A stretch of 64,000 nucleotides of DNA from Chiloscyllium plagiosum (lineage: Eukaryota), in contig NC_057757.1 of assembly GCF_004010195.1 (NCBI RefSeq), forward strand, positions 2,318,131-2,382,130, read 5' to 3'. Shown here piece by piece: positions 51,249 to 64,000 of the stretch. Under the pieces are notes generated by a model. The model did not search any database. It saw only the letters and a list, made by a program, of their open reading frames with translations, and was not told the origin of the DNA. How positions within the stretch are numbered: position 1 is the stretch's first letter; every line of letters starts with the position of its first letter. The translations under genes and the position numbers were made by a program.

Positions 51249-51379
51249 GTTATAACTTAGTGTGTTTTTGGAAATGACTAGGATAGTTCCATTTTGCAAC
51301 AGATTTGGTACTGGATGGTATGCAGGATTCAAAATGTGCCACGCTTCATGCAAAACGCTTTCTTGTATAACGTGGAAGG

Positions 51380-52420
51380 TTTGAGTTATAAAGAAAGGCT
51401 GGGACTTCTTTTATCGGAGCATCGGAGGTTGGGAGGCGACTGATACAAGTTTATAAAACAATGAGGGGTACAGATAGAGTTAATTTCTCTAGGCTGGGGG
51501 ATTTCAACAGTAGGGGGCACATCTTTTAAGTTGGTGAGAGGAGAGAGACTTAAAAAGGACCTGAGAGTCAAATTCTTTTTTAACACAGACGGTGGTTTGC
51601 ACGTGGAAAGACCTTCTTGCGGAAGTAGTAAATGTACAATTGCAACGTTTAAAAGACATTTGGATAAGTCCGTGAATAGGAAACGTTTGGAGGGAGGAGC
51701 AGGCAGGTGGGACTAGTTTAGCTTGGGATTATGTTCGGCATGGGCTGGTTGGGCCAAAGGGTCTGTTTCTGTGTTGTTTGACTCTTTGATTACAAAAGGG
51801 TGTTAAAGACAGTTCAGAATGCGATCAAGCAGAAAATAAATAAATCAATGATTTATTTAAGACGTATATATTGCACACAGTTCTGGCCACCACATTATCA
51901 GAAGGATGAGGATGCTCTGGAGAGGCTACGGAAAAGGTTTACCTGGATGTTGCCTGGTGTGGGGGATTTTAGCTATGAAGTAAAGTTGGATAGACTGGGT
52001 TTGTTTTCACTGGAACACAGGAGGTGGAGGGGCGGCCAGATAGAAGTTTATCAGCTTGTGAATGGTGTGGATAGAGTGGAAAGTATGAGACTTTTTCCCA
52101 GGGTGGAGGGGTCAATTACTAGGGGACACAAGTTCAAGGTGTGGGGGGTGGGGGGGGGGGGGAAATGGGGAGTTCAACAGGGATGTGCGAGGTATGTTTT
52201 TCACACAAAGGGTGGGGAGTGCCTGGGAATGTGCTGCCAGAGGAGGTGGTAGAAGCAGACACAGTAGCAGCATTTCAGTAGCACCTGGTCAAATACAGGA
52301 GTAGGAAGGGAGTAGAGGGGTATGGATCCTGTAAGTGAAGACAGTTTTGGTGTGGAAGGGAAAAATGTGTCAGCACTGGCTCGGAGAGCTTGTTCCTGTG
52401 TTGTATTGTTCTTTGTTCTA
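51380..52420 (+). mobile_element. Two older CR1 3' fragments
   Basis: QFWPPHYQKD...GLFSLEHRR motif and CR1-type 3' UTRs. Confidence 0.75.
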
Positions 52421-53289
52421 ATGTCTCTTTGCATTCTGTTGGAGCCAAGGAACAGGATCACTTATTTCCCAGGAGCAGAAGTTGCAGTCTCTGACAAAAT
52501 GTGAAAACACTGGTAACTCTGTTGCCACAGCTGAGACAGAGTCAGTTATCGCTCTAAAGCACTGAGATATAGCACAGCATTTATTACTAAAGATCAGAGG
52601 TGCCATTACCTTTCACACAGTGAGTAAAACCGAAGGTTAAAAAAAAACCTGTTTTTATTCCAGCCGTACAAGAAATGTAAGAACATAAGAGACAGTAGGC
52701 CATTCAGCCCCTCAAATTTGATCCACCATTTAATGTGACCATGGATGATATTCCATCTCAAATCCACCTATTGTTCCATGTTTCTTATAGTCTGGAGTAC
52801 ACTCAATAATTGATTGTGATTAGCTTTCAAAAGATAGAGAATACCAATCATCTGTGTGAAGTAATTTCTCCTGTGCCCAGTCCTCAATGACTGACCCTTT
52901 ATTCTAATACCTTAGCCCCTTAATTCCAGATGGGGGAAAACATACCGTCAGTATCTAAAGAGTGCTTGAAGAATTTGCAACGTTTCAGTGAGATAATTCC
53001 TCATTCTTCTTAGTTCCAGAGATTGTAGGCTCATTCGCCTCAATCTTTCCCTCTACGCCAACCATTTCAACTCAGGGATCAATCCAGTGAATGCTCCTTC
53101 CGTCTCCTCTCCAGCAAATATATCTTTCTTACTTAAGTCCTTCCCAGCTCAGCCAGACTATAAAGAGACTATAAAGACTGGCGCAGGAATTATAGGATTT
53201 GCATTTCCGTAGCACCTTTCGTGACATCTTCACGCCTCGCAAAAACACTTCGCAATCAACAAAATCTGTCACTACTATAACGCAGGGGA

Positions 53290-53585
53290 GTTCAAAGACC
53301 CATCCCACCCTGGCAATGTTTTTCTACAACCTCTACCATCGGGGAGAAGGTACAGAAGCCTGAACACACGCACCAGCCGGTTTCAAAACAGTTTCTACCC
53401 TACTGTTGTTAGAATACTGAATGGACTCACAAACTGTTAACATTCGCCTGTACCTGTGTCTTTGTTTTTGCCACTGTTTACCTACTATTTACTTATCTAT
53501 GCTAGTTAAGTCTGTAACCTGCCTACATTGCTCGCATGACAAAGTTTTTCACTGTGCCTCGGTACAATAAATTCAATTCAATTCA
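53290..53585 (+). mobile_element. Rex1/Babar-like LINE 3' end, with a second copy at about 54277-54510
   Basis: DPSHPGNVFLQPLPSGRRYRSLNTRTSRFQNSFYPTVVRILN and (ATTCA)n tail. Confidence 0.72.
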
Positions 53586-54747
53586 GCTAAACATTTTGTT
53601 TTTCACTTAATCCACTTGTGAGGTGGGAGTATTTCTTGCCCAGTAACTAACCCACTTCAGAACTGCGATGACAGGCAACCTGCCTATAGACTGCAAAGTA
53701 CAGGCACATGCCGGGTTTGGTGCGCTTTGGTACAACTCAGTGGCATGCCACAACATTTCAAAGGCACTTAAGGATCGGTGCTGCTGGAATCACACTTGGG
53801 TCAGACCAGGAGGAACAGCAGAAGTCCTCCCTAGTCACATCTTCCTTTCAGTGTTGCTGGCTCAAAATCCTGGAACTCCCTCCCCAACGGTGCTGCCTGG
53901 GACCCCTACACCACGCGGGTAATTAAGGACGGACAATAGACGCTGGTGCCCACCAGCAAAGTGAATAAATAGAAATCTAAACGTTTTTCCCCAGAGTTGA
54001 AATGCCTAAGACTAGGGGACGAGCATTTAAGGTGCCAGGGCAAGTTATTTTTAACAGAGAGAGAGAGTGGTAGAAGTATAGAACTTGCTGCTGGGATGGT
54101 GGTGGAGGCAGATACAATAAAGGAGTTCAAAAGACTTTTAGATAAGCGCATGACCACGCAAGAATGGAGGGATGTGGACCGAGGCCAGGGAGAAGGGGTT
54201 AGTTTAATTTGGCGTCATGTTCAGCACAACATCGTGGGCCGAAGGGCCTGCTCCTGTGCTGTACTGTTCTATGTTCAGAAGCCTGAACACATGCACCAGA
54301 CAGTTTCAAAACAGTTTCTACCCTATTGTTGTTAGAATACTGAATGGACTCACAAACTCTTAACATTCACCTGTACCTGTGTTTTATTTTTGCCGCTGTT
54401 TACCTATTATTTATTATCTATGCTACCTAACTCTGTGATCTGCCTGTAATTGCTCACAAGTCAAAGCTTTTCACTGTGCCTCAGTACATGTGACAATCAA
54501 TTCAATTCAATATGTCCTATCTCTTAGGATTATTATTAATTAGACTCGCGTTAATTCAGATTTATTGACTAATTTGGTCTAAAGTCCACCAAGCTGCTGT
54601 GGTGGGGTTTTAACCCCAGTTCCCTGGTCCAAACCTCTGGATCAACCCAGTAAAATAACCCCTAACTGCTGTCAGGTGACTGCAAATTATCACATACATT
54701 TAGTCTTCATGACCTGCTGCACATCTGAAAGAGAATGGGGACGTTAC

Positions 54748-54879
54748 CTCATATATGGCAATGTTGCTGGTTTCAGGAGTGGCTGCCGCAAAACTTTTCC
54801 CCGATGTTGAATGTTTCGGTGTTTTCAAGTCCAAGGCGCTTCTCCCTAAAACAGATGTTTCATTCTCACCGTTCAATCT
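54748..54879 (-). CDS. GUCY2D: Guanylyl cyclase juxtamembrane/kinase-homology start exon (132 bp, phase 0->0); not in the ORF track
   Basis: CAG/GTAACG boundaries. RLNGENETSVLGRSALDLKTPKHSTSGKSFAAATPETSNIAIYE ends in the conserved SNIAIYE that precedes GDWVWLK. Confidence 0.88.
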
Positions 54880-55154
54880 CTGAAAGCAGACATCAGCAGA
54901 AAGACGTAAGGATTTCTCAGAGTGGAGTAGCTCTGGGCTTGCACTTCATTGCCGCACTCTGCAAGTCGCCACGGTCCGACCAGACCAAAGGGTTTCGTTC
55001 TCATTCAAGAGGGTAGTGGTTAAACCTTAGGGTCACTGCAGCGATTGGAATGAGATCATCCAGGGGGACCTCACAGAACATGGAGATCCCTGATTGGGCC
55101 AGGTTAACAGTCCCAATCAGGGAGCCCTGGCTGACAGATACAAACAGGAGTGGC

Positions 55155-55345
55155 TGGCGAGACTGGCCATAAACAAGTCCAGGAAGCAGGCCATGGAGGG
55201 GAGCATTGGGGCCAATTGCCTGCCCCTGGTTACGTCCATGCCCCGGTGTCTCTGGAGAAGGAGCACGTGGTGTCCACCAACACCCTTCAGCTGTTCAGAG
55301 AGAGGTGGGCACCACAGGGAGTGAAGTGATTTATTCCCCCCTCCA
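55155..55345 (+). mobile_element. Tx1/L1-like LINE C-terminal remnant
   Basis: LARLAINKSRKQAMEG...CLPL and (frameshifted) ERWAPQG motif. Confidence 0.5.
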
Positions 55346-56225
55346 ACTCTATTTTGATTAACACAGTTAATGATTTTAGTTAACGCAGCTATATTCAGGA
55401 AATCTAAATAATCCTTGGCTGAGCATATGGATGATGATGGGATAGTGTAGGGGGATGGGCTTAGATTAGTTCACAGGTTGGCACAACATCAAGGGCCGAA
55501 GGGCCTGGTCTATGCTGTATTGTTCTATGTTCTATTTAATCCCTGCCTTCCTCTTCACTATTTGATCAGGCAGCATTGCCCTTTGTCAAGAAGGGCACTG
55601 CTGGTCACTGGTCACTCGGGTATGTCCTTACTTCCTGGTGGTGGAACATAAATGAAGGGATATACAAGCTTGTTCCTCACTGAGTCCTACACCTGCGCAC
55701 ACACAACTTGGGGGCTAGGGAAAAAATAAGCACCACCGCTGATAGGCGGTAGTGTGGGGGCAGGGGGGGCGGGGGGGGCGGAAGGGGGGGAGAGGAAAAG
55801 AACAGAAAGAAACAAAATGAATTTAAAAAAAAGATAAAAGTAAACAGAAGTGCCAGACCTCCTGTTCACTCTGAGAGCTAGCTCTGAGGGAGCTGGATAA
55901 GTGTCCAGGACTCTCCATTTTGTGTCAGGGAGGGGACTGACTCTGAACTGGCTGTCCACATCCAGTGTGTACTGCTACTGATGGATTCTGTTTGTTTTTG
56001 GAAGAAACGTGAATCCTGACCTGGCTGAATTATGAAAAAAAAAAGAAAAAGAGCAAACAAACAGGAATGTTGGAGGTTCTGTTCACTCAGAGCTGGCTCA
56101 GAGAAAGCCCGACCATTGGCAAGTACTACGCACATGCAAATAAAGGATGACTTGGTGACAGAATACGAGCCTCGTTGGAGTTACTTCAGTCACCACACAC
56201 CAGGCGAGGGGAGAAGTTCAGAAGG

Positions 56226-56935
56226 TGGGGACAGGTTCAGTGTTAGCACTGGCACCTCATAGCACCAGGGACCCAGGTTCGATTCCAGCCCCGGGCGACT
56301 GTCTGTGTGGAGTTTGCACGTTCTCCCAGTGTCTGCGCGGGTTTCCTCCGGGTGCTCAGGTTTCCCCTCACAGTCCAAAGATGTGCAGGTTAGGGTGGAT
56401 TGGCCGTGCTAAATTGTCCCATAGTGCCCAGGGATGTGCAGGTTAGGGTGGATTGGCCGTGCTAAATTGTCCCATAGTGCCCAGGGATGTGCAGGTTAGG
56501 GTGGATTGGCCGTGCTAAATTGTCCCATAGTGCCCAGCTCTGTGTAGGTCAGGGTGGATTGGCCGTGCTAAATTGTCCCATAGTGCCCAGGGATGTGCAG
56601 GTTAGGGTGGATTGGCCGTGCTAAATTGTCCCATAGTGCCCAGCTCTGTGCAGGTTAGGGTGGATTGGCCGCGCTAAATTGTCCCATAGTGCCCAGGGAT
56701 GTGCAGGTTAGGGTGGATAGGCCGCGCTAAATTGTCCCATAGTGTCCAGGGATGTGCAGGTTAGGGGGGATTGACCGTGCTAAATTGACCCATAGTGCCC
56801 AGGGATGTGCACACTAGGTGGATTAGTCACAGTAAACACTTGGTTACAGGGATGGGGTAGGTCTGGGTGGGATGATCTTCAGCGGGTCGGTGTGGATTCG
56901 ATGGGCCGAATGGTCTGTCCCCACACAGTGGGGAA
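56226..56935 (+). mobile_element. HE1-type V-SINE with internal 53-bp unit amplified 8 times
   Basis: Units at 56380, 56433, 56486, 56539, 56592, 56645, 56698 and 56751, partial at 56804. Confidence 0.9.
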
Positions 56936-57252
56936 TCAAAGCAGAGCTCTTCATTGTCACCTCAGCCAGTGTGGGAATCGAACCCGTGCTGATGGCATCA
57001 GAAACCAGTTTCTTACTGAGCTAACCCGACTGACATAAAACAAGGCAGCAGTGTTGTGACTGAAATAAAAACAGACGATGATGTTGGAGAAACCCAGCAA
57101 GTCTGCTCGCGTCTGCGGAGGGAGAAAGCAGAGTTAACGCTGAGTTTCTTCAACAGGTTCTGTTCATGTTTCAGATCTTCAGCATCGCCTATTCTTCGCC
57201 TTTCGCATCTTGCTGGAGCTTGACAAAGACAAAGTCGACAAGACCTCCGTAC

Positions 57253-57349
57253 CTTACGGCTGAGCTGTGCGTTAATGAACACCAAATCATCCAGCCTGAG
57301 AATGATCTTGTTGGGTCCTGCCGACAGGTGTGGTTTCAGGAAGCGCTTC
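57253..57349 (-). CDS. GUCY2D: Guanylyl cyclase juxtamembrane exon (97 bp, phase 2->0)
   Basis: TAG/GTACGG boundaries. KRFLKPHLSAGPNKIILRLDDLVFINAQLSRK contains the GPNKIIL..DD motif. Confidence 0.9.
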
Positions 57350-58184
57350 CTACAACATGTCAGCAAAACAGGTTACATCGCTCTCCTGCCCACCACATTT
57401 CTTTCATATCATTCCTGACCCCAGGTTAACCCTAGCCCAGCTCTGCTGTCCCTCAAGCAATGCTGACTGCGTGGGGCTGTCTTCCAAAGTGAAACACACT
57501 GGCCTGTTGCCTTACCCTCCCTTCCAACGTGGCAAAAAGAAACAATTCCTACACTGCACGGATTTTTCATTCACAGGATGAGGGCGCCGCTGGCTAGGTC
57601 AGCATTAATTGCCCAGAGGACAGTTAAGAGTCAACCACGTTGCTGTAGGTGTGGAGTCACGTGTAGGCCTGACCAGGTAAGGATGGTGGTTTCCTTCCCT
57701 GAAGGACATTAGTGAACCAGATGGGTTTCCCTGACAATCGATTCACGGTCACCCTTTGACTCTCAATGCCAGATATTTACTGAATGCCGTGGTGGGATCC
57801 GAACCCAGGCCCCCAGAATTACCCAGGAGTATCAGTCCGGTGATAATACCACTAGGCCATCACTTCCCCTCAATGCCCAAAGCTTTGGGTCCACAAGCAA
57901 TGACACATGATCTTTGAGGCCCAGGAAAGGTTCTAGTTCAGGGTTAACATGGCATTCAAAAGGAGCACAGCAGAATCCTATAAATAGCATTGAGACAGTG
58001 ACCAAATAACCACACCTTGTGATGCTACTTGAAGAATGCCTGGGGACAAAAGGAATGGGAAAATGCCCCCTGCGCCTACTTGGGAGATCATGGCAACTAC
58101 TGGGGAAGGCAGATGTAGAAGACCTTAGTTAAACGTCACATTTGAACAACAACACCTCTGACATTGTGGCGCTGACCCACTAAC

Positions 58185-58390
58185 TGTGCAGTGCTCCCTC
58201 AATGCTGATTCTCTGACAGTGCGGCGCTCCCTCAGCACTGACCCTCTGACAGTGCGGCGCTCCCTCAGTACTGACCCTCCGACAGTGCGGCGCTCCCTCA
58301 GTATTGACCCTGTGACAGAGCGGCGCTCCCTCAGTATTGACCCTGTGACAGAGCGGCGCTCCCTCAGTATTGACCCTGTGACTATGGCAC
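58185..58390. repeat. 33-bp minisatellite (CTGACCCTCTGACAGTGCGGCGCTCCCTCAGTA), about 6 copies
   Basis: Direct inspection; lies within a Deu-SINE-like remnant. Confidence 0.9.
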
Positions 58391-58439
58391 ACTGTCCTTA
58401 ATACTGAAATAGGAATGCTAGCCTAGATTTTCTGCTCAG

Positions 58440-59042
58440 GTCATAGAGTCATAGAGATGTACAGCACGGAAACAGACCCTTCGATCCAATTCATCCATGT
58501 CAACCAGATATCCCAACCCAATCTAGTCCCACCTGCCAACACCCGGCCCATATCCCTCCAAACCCTTCCTATTCATATACCCATCCAGATGCCTCTTAAA
58601 TGTTGCAATTGTACCAGCCTCCACCACTTCCTCTGGCAGTTCATTCCATACCCGTACCACCCTCTGCGTGAAAATGTTGCCCCTTAGGTCTCTTTTATAT
58701 CTTTCCCCTCTCACCCTAAACCTATGCCCTCTAGTTCTGGACTCCCCGACCCCAGGAAACAGACTTTGTCTATTTACTCTATCTCTGCCCCTCATGATTT
58801 TGTAAACCTCTATAAGGTCACCCCTCAGCCTCCGACGCTCCAGGGAAAACAGCCCCAGCCTGTTCAGCCTCTCCCTGTAGCTCAAACCCTCCAACCCTGG
58901 CAACATCCTTCTAAGTCTTTTCTGAACCCTTTCAAGTTTCACAATATCCTTCCGATAAGACAGAGACCAGATTTGCACGCAATATTCCAAAAGTGGCCTA
59001 ATCATTGTCTTGCACAGCCGCAACATGACCTTCCAACTCCCG
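58440..59042 (-). mobile_element. CR1 3' fragment (young, uninterrupted)
   Basis: ORF 58523-59026 runs to the CR1 C-terminus GYGPGVGRWD. Confidence 0.9.
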
Positions 59043-59418
59043 TAAGATGTGGGGAATTCTGCATAAGACTTTGTGGCTCAGAGTACAGAAAGAGAAAGAT
59101 GAAAGTAGAGTGATCTTAGCTCACTGTTAAGGCCACAGTTCCTCACTGATGGAGGGAGAGTTAGGACAATGCAACCCATGTCCTCGTAATTGAATTAACA
59201 TTGATATATATTATTATGGGAAAGTAAAGTAATTAATTCATTAATTATGGGCAAAAGGACAAAAAAAAGAGCTAGACTGTAAAATTGGGCATGGGGAGTC
59301 AATACACAGCCAAATGGCCTCCTTCTGTCTGGGAGATTCTGTGCTTCCGTTGAGAAAGAAATGAAAAATTAGTGGGATAATGCAAATGAAAATATCATAA
59401 AATGAGAGATGGCCAAAC

Positions 59419-59503
59419 CTGAAGGAATAGGTTGTGGCTCCACAGATCAGAATCATACAACAGACCATGGTAAACACCAACAGCACAAACATTGGGTCCA
59501 ATC
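59419..59503 (-). CDS. GUCY2D: Guanylyl cyclase transmembrane exon (85 bp, phase 1->2)
   Basis: Polypyrimidine-TAG acceptor, GTTTGG donor. Encodes GLDPMFVLLVFTMVCCMILICGATTYSFR (hydrophobic TM helix). Phases fit both neighbours. Confidence 0.88.
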
Positions 59504-59847
59504 CTAGGCAAGAGAGAGACAATTCATTATCCCATGGGCTTCAAAGACATTTTCTCACCCAGTTTCAATCATTTACCAATAAATCCAGAGTCACATTTGG
59601 TAAACACGCATGGGGGCCTATCACAGCCTCTTGGTTCTCACTCCTTCAACACAGGTGAATATCATTAGCAAGGCCAACACTAGTTGCCCCTTGAACCGAG
59701 TGGGCTGATCAGGCATTTCAGACTCCATTTCTTAACCCCATTACAGTTTCAAGGTCAACCACATTGGCTATGGGTTTGGAGTCACATGTAGGCCAGAATG
59801 GGTAAGGGCAGCAGATTTCCCTCCCGAAGGGGCATGAAAGACGGGGT

Positions 59848-60435
59848 TTGGCACGCTTGCCTTCATTGCTCTGTCCTTTGAGTATAGGAATTGTGGCGTC
59901 ATGTTGAGGGTGTACAGGACATTAGTGAGGCCTCTCCTGGAATACTGTGTCCAGTTCTGGTCGCCTTGTTATAGGAAGGATATTATTAATCCGGAGATGG
60001 CTCAGAAGAGATTTACCAGGATGTTGCCGGGGATGGAAGGTTCGAGTTATGGGGAGAGGCAGGATAGGCCGGGACTTTTTTTGCTGGAGCGTCAGAAGTT
60101 GACAGGTGACCTGAAAGAAGTTTATAAAATAATGAGGTAGGATTAAAGGGGATTTCAAGACTAGGGCGCACATTTTTAAGGAGATAGGAGAGAGATTTAA
60201 AAAAGACATGAGGGAAAATTGTTCACACAGAGGGTGGTTTGCGTGTGGAATGAACTTCCTGAGGAAGTGGTGGATGTGGGTACAGTTACAATGTTTAAAA
60301 GATAATAGGATAGGTACATGAAGAGGAAAGGTTTGGAGGGATTTGGGCCAGGAGGAGGTAGGTGGGAACTAGTTTAGTTTGGGATTATGGATTGGATGGG
60401 CCAAAGGGTCTGTTTCCATATTGTCGGACTCAATG
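59848..60435 (+). mobile_element. CR1 3' fragment
   Basis: YRTLVRPLLEYCVQFWSP motif. Confidence 0.85.
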
Positions 60436-60983
60436 AGTGAACCAGATAGGCTTTTACAACAATCAATAATAGTTTCATGATCACCATCTCTGTAATGACC
60501 TATTAATTTTAGATTTATTTTAATGGATGGAATCCAAACTCCGACAGCTAATCCTCTGGATTATTAGTTCAGGGACATTACCACAACACCAACCTCTCTT
60601 CGCAACTGATTATTATTACATTATGGTCTGGAAAATACTGCCAAGAAACTATCTGACATCTCCTTCAGGTGAAGCAATTTGCAGATAGGTTGGAGGACGA
60701 GGAGACGCATTGAGACCACCTGGGTTGGAGGCAGTCCTGAAGGAGGTTCATTGAGTTGATCCTGGGTGTGGAGGGTTGAAGAACTTAGGAGATCGAACAA
60801 ACTTCTTAAAGGTGGAGATAAGTTTAGGGAGGGAATCCCAGAGGGCTTAGGGCCCTGGCTCGGCCATCAATGTAGGACTGATTAAAAATGGGAGTGATAA
60901 GAGGGAGGGGGTTGCAGGCCAGAGAGGGTCTTGAAGGGATGGGATACCAAGGGTGAGAATGTTTAACTAACAACTGATCTCAC

Positions 60984-61338
60984 CTCCTGTACAGACTTCC
61001 TTGGAATCAAACCAGCAGTCAGCATCTGTTCCAGGGACTGAGCCCTGTGGGAAATGGATGGCAGTGCCAAGATATTTCAAGGTTCCTGTAGCCATGTTGA
61101 TTGAGTGAGTTGCCTTCAGTCGGCTCCCCCTCCCATCAGTGTCCAAAACCACATAGTCAGCAATGACTACTCCATCTTTGTCCGTCTGCATGGCTTGGTT
61201 AAATCCTTCAAACTCCATCCCACTGGTGTGTTGGGCGATGCTTGTCTCAGCCACCCCCTTGCTTCCCTGGTAGGCACTGTCCACTGCTTTGGCCAAGTAG
61301 TATATTGCATTGTAGATGGTGCCAAATAATGGGGAGAC
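60984..61338 (-). CDS. GUCY2D: Retinal membrane guanylyl cyclase, exon encoding the C-terminal part of the extracellular domain (most 5' exon in window; 355 bp, phase 0->1)
   Basis: AG acceptor (61340-61339), GTGAG donor from 60983. Translates VSPLFGTIYNAIYYLAKAV...YVVLDTD...IHFPQGSVPGTDADCWFDSKEVCTG, matching the VSPLFGTIY...HFP.G..P..D..CWF motif of retinal GCs. Confidence 0.92.
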
Positions 61339-63052
61339 CTGTTGGAAGGAGCACAGGCTAACAGTGGGTAATTACCAAGAGCAATAGGTACAGGACAGGC
61401 CATTCAGCCCAACTTGTCTGTTCTGCTTTTCTGAAAGAGCTGCCAGGCTTAGACAGAGAATTATCATGCATAGCAGCAATCAGTCCACCATGTCTGTGCT
61501 GTCTCTCTCTAAGGGCAATTGAGCTACATCAGATCTTATCACCCCTTTCTCAATTGTTCTGCAAACTCTCCATCTCTTCAGAAGCATTAATCTCCAAAAC
61601 TATTTCAAAGCCACGTTTGAATCTGCTTCCAACATTCGCTCAGACAACACATCGCTGACAACCCCGTTTTAGGCTCATCCTCAACATGGACAATGTATCA
61701 ATGTGAGGGGAGAGTACTGGGAGTAAGTCACAGTCTGAAACCCAGTGAAAGCATTCAGATGGGTTGCACAGAGTACAGTCTAGGCGTTGGGAAGGTGCCA
61801 TACCCCCTCACAGTTGCAGTATGGAGTAACTGTCGTACAGTTCAACATGGTTAATGTCCTTCCTATCTCTCAGCTTTCCTACTTTATCAAAGAACAGGGA
61901 GCATTCTCCTCAGTGTCCCAACCAATGTTCACTCCTTCCACTGCCGACACAGTGAAGCAGCAATGTGTACCATCTATAAGACACTCTGCAGCAACTCACC
62001 TCCTTTGACAACAAACCCCTGACCGCGACCACCTTGAATAGGGTAGACAGTGGATGATGACGTCAACTTGTACGAGGGGCCATAGCTACAAATTGAGGGG
62101 TAATAGATTTAAGACAGATATCAGAGGCAGGTTCTTTACTCAGAGAGTGGTAAGGGTGTGGAATGCCCTGCCTGCTAATGTAGTTAACTCAGCCACATTA
62201 GAGGCATTTGAACAGTCCTTGGGTAAGCACATGGACAATGATGGGATAGTATAGGGGGATGGGCTTAGATTAGTTCACAGGTCGGCGCAACATCGAGGGC
62301 TGAAGGGCCTGTTCTGCGCTGTATTGTTCTATGTTCTATGTTCTCCTCTGAGCCACTCATCACCCAGACTTAGAAATATATCGCCTCCCCTTCAGTGTCG
62401 CTGGGACAAGACCCTGGAACCCCCTCCCCAAGGGCATTGTGGTTCAACCCACAGTAGGTGGACTGTAACAGTTCAAGAAGGCAGCTCACCCCCACCTTAT
62501 AGAACATAGAACATAGAAGAATACAGCGTTCCTAACATACCTATAGAAAGCCTTAGGGTTTTCCCTAATCCTATCGACTAAGGACCTTTCATGTCCCCTC
62601 CTTGCTGCTTCTTGAGGATAGAGAGAGATGGGAATTAAAAAGTGGAACAGCCAGTGACTCAAAACACCCCGTGAAGGAATAAATGAAATATTTCCCCCTC
62701 AGCATAAATCATTAAAAACAAATGTTTGCATTATTATCACTACACATTCAATGGGAGGTTGCTGCGCACAAATTGACTGCCCATTACAACAGTGATTATA
62801 ATTTGAAAGTACTTAATTAGCTGTGAAGCACTTTGAGCCATGTTGAGGTGGTCAAAGGCGCAACAAAAATTCCAAGTTCCTTTCCCCCCAGGCAATAATA
62901 TGTATTTTATTAGGCATACCCCATCACGAACAATAAACTTGTAAAATCTTTAAATCCCATGATGCAGGAGGAGGCTATTCAGCCCATCCTGTTCATACCA
63001 GCCCTTTGAACAAAGTATCCAATTCACCCCAATCATTTTTCCAACTTTTAGT

Positions 63053-63365
63053 GGGCGGCACAGTGGCACAGTGGTTAGCACTGCTGCCTCACAGCGCCAG
63101 AGACGCGGGGTTCAATTCCCGCCTCAGGCGACTGACTGTGTGGAGTTTGCACGTTCTCCCCGTGTCTGCGTGGGTTTCCTCCGGTTTCCTCCCACAGTCC
63201 AAAGATGTGCAGGTCAGGTGAATTGGCCATGCTAAATTGCCCGTAGTGTTAGGTAAGGGGTAAATGTAGGGGTATGGGTGGATTGTGCTTCGGCGGGGCG
63301 GTGTGGACTTGTTGGGCCGAAGGGCCTGTTTCCACACTGTAAGTAATCTAATCTAATCTAATCTA
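63053..63365 (+). mobile_element. HE1-type V-SINE, full length, (TAATC)n tail
   Basis: Canonical head, V-domain and tail. Confidence 0.92.
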
Positions 63366-64000
63366 AAACACAGTCACAGAGTCATACAGCACTGAAACAG
63401 CCCAACCAGTCCACGCCGACCATAACCCCAAACTAAACTAGTCCCACCTGCCTGCTCCTGGCCCATATGCCTCCAAATCTTTCCTATTCATGAACTTATC
63501 TTTTAAACATTGTAATTGTACCCACATCCACCATTTCCCAGGAAGTTCATTCCACACGCGAACCGCACTCTGTGTACAAAATTTGCCTCTTTTTAAAAAA
63601 ATCTCTATCCTCTCACCTTAAAAGTGTGCCCACGAGTCTAGAAATCCCCATCCGAGGGAAAAGACACCAACTATTAACTCTATCTGTTCCCCTCAGTATT
63701 TTACAGACTTCTATCAGTTCACCCCAGACCTCCTATGCTCCTGCAAACTTCTTCCCTTCCAGTGTTTCTTTAACACCTTTTTTGCAAGTTCCTGGTGAAT
63801 CGGCTTCCACTGCCTTTGCAAATCACAACAAATCACTGTTTTAAGGGTAAACGTGCTAAAAAATATAGGCAGGTTATTTACCTTCCAGTCTGCCTAAGTA
63901 AAGCTGCATTAGTTAAAGAAGATTAAGCAGTGACCATCCTCAACGTAATCTGATTGTTTTGTATAAATGCCTTGGTTTAATTCAGCACAGAGCCTTTTAG

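Noticed and set aside
55850..56210. Short direct repeats (ctgttcactc..gagct.gctc.gag) suggesting an LTR/DIRS-type terminal repeat
   Set aside because: No coding remnant or clear ends, so I cannot classify it from sequence alone.
56380..56810. CRISPR-like regular array
   Set aside because: The units are contiguous with no unique spacers, lie inside a SINE, and the context is vertebrate.
63870..63900. AAG|GTAAAT donor-like site as the next upstream cyclase exon
   Set aside because: No recognisable GC extracellular-domain sequence precedes it; the upstream exons are probably outside the window.

Overview
This is eukaryotic, repeat-rich genomic DNA, almost certainly from a shark. That assignment is inferred from HE1-type V-SINEs, HER1/CR1 LINEs and Deu-domain SINEs. 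The assembly has four N-gaps (10745-10807, 22025-22842, 26244-26645, 32546-32674). The main feature is a minus-strand retinal-type membrane guanylyl cyclase gene, most like GUCY2D/GC-E, although the paralog is not proven. I reconstructed 15 coding exons with canonical AG/GT boundaries between 61338 and 19029. They cover the end of the extracellular domain, TM helix, kinase-homology domain, dimerisation helix, cyclase domain and C-terminus. The 5' exons lie beyond the window. The expected penultimate 'GKG..TYWL' exon is not visible and may sit in the 818-N gap. The rest is transposon-derived: a degenerate Gmr1-type Gypsy LTR element (SCAN-like gag; PR-IN-RT-RH order), solo LTRs, many CR1 fragments and one near-complete CR1 ORF2, a second LINE family, Rex1- and Tx1-like ends, Penelope remnants and SINEs. 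Three oddities stand out. (1) A roughly 850-bp frame-preserving minisatellite starts exactly at, and is built from, a splice donor of the cyclase gene; read-through gives a 302-codon in-frame extension. (2) An intact orphan SF3B2 exon sits inside the GA-microsatellite of a solo LTR. (3) At least three families of short, often palindromic, Penelope-related elements carry hammerhead-ribozyme cores and 11-14-bp target-site duplications. All homology calls are from recognition of motifs, not from database searches.
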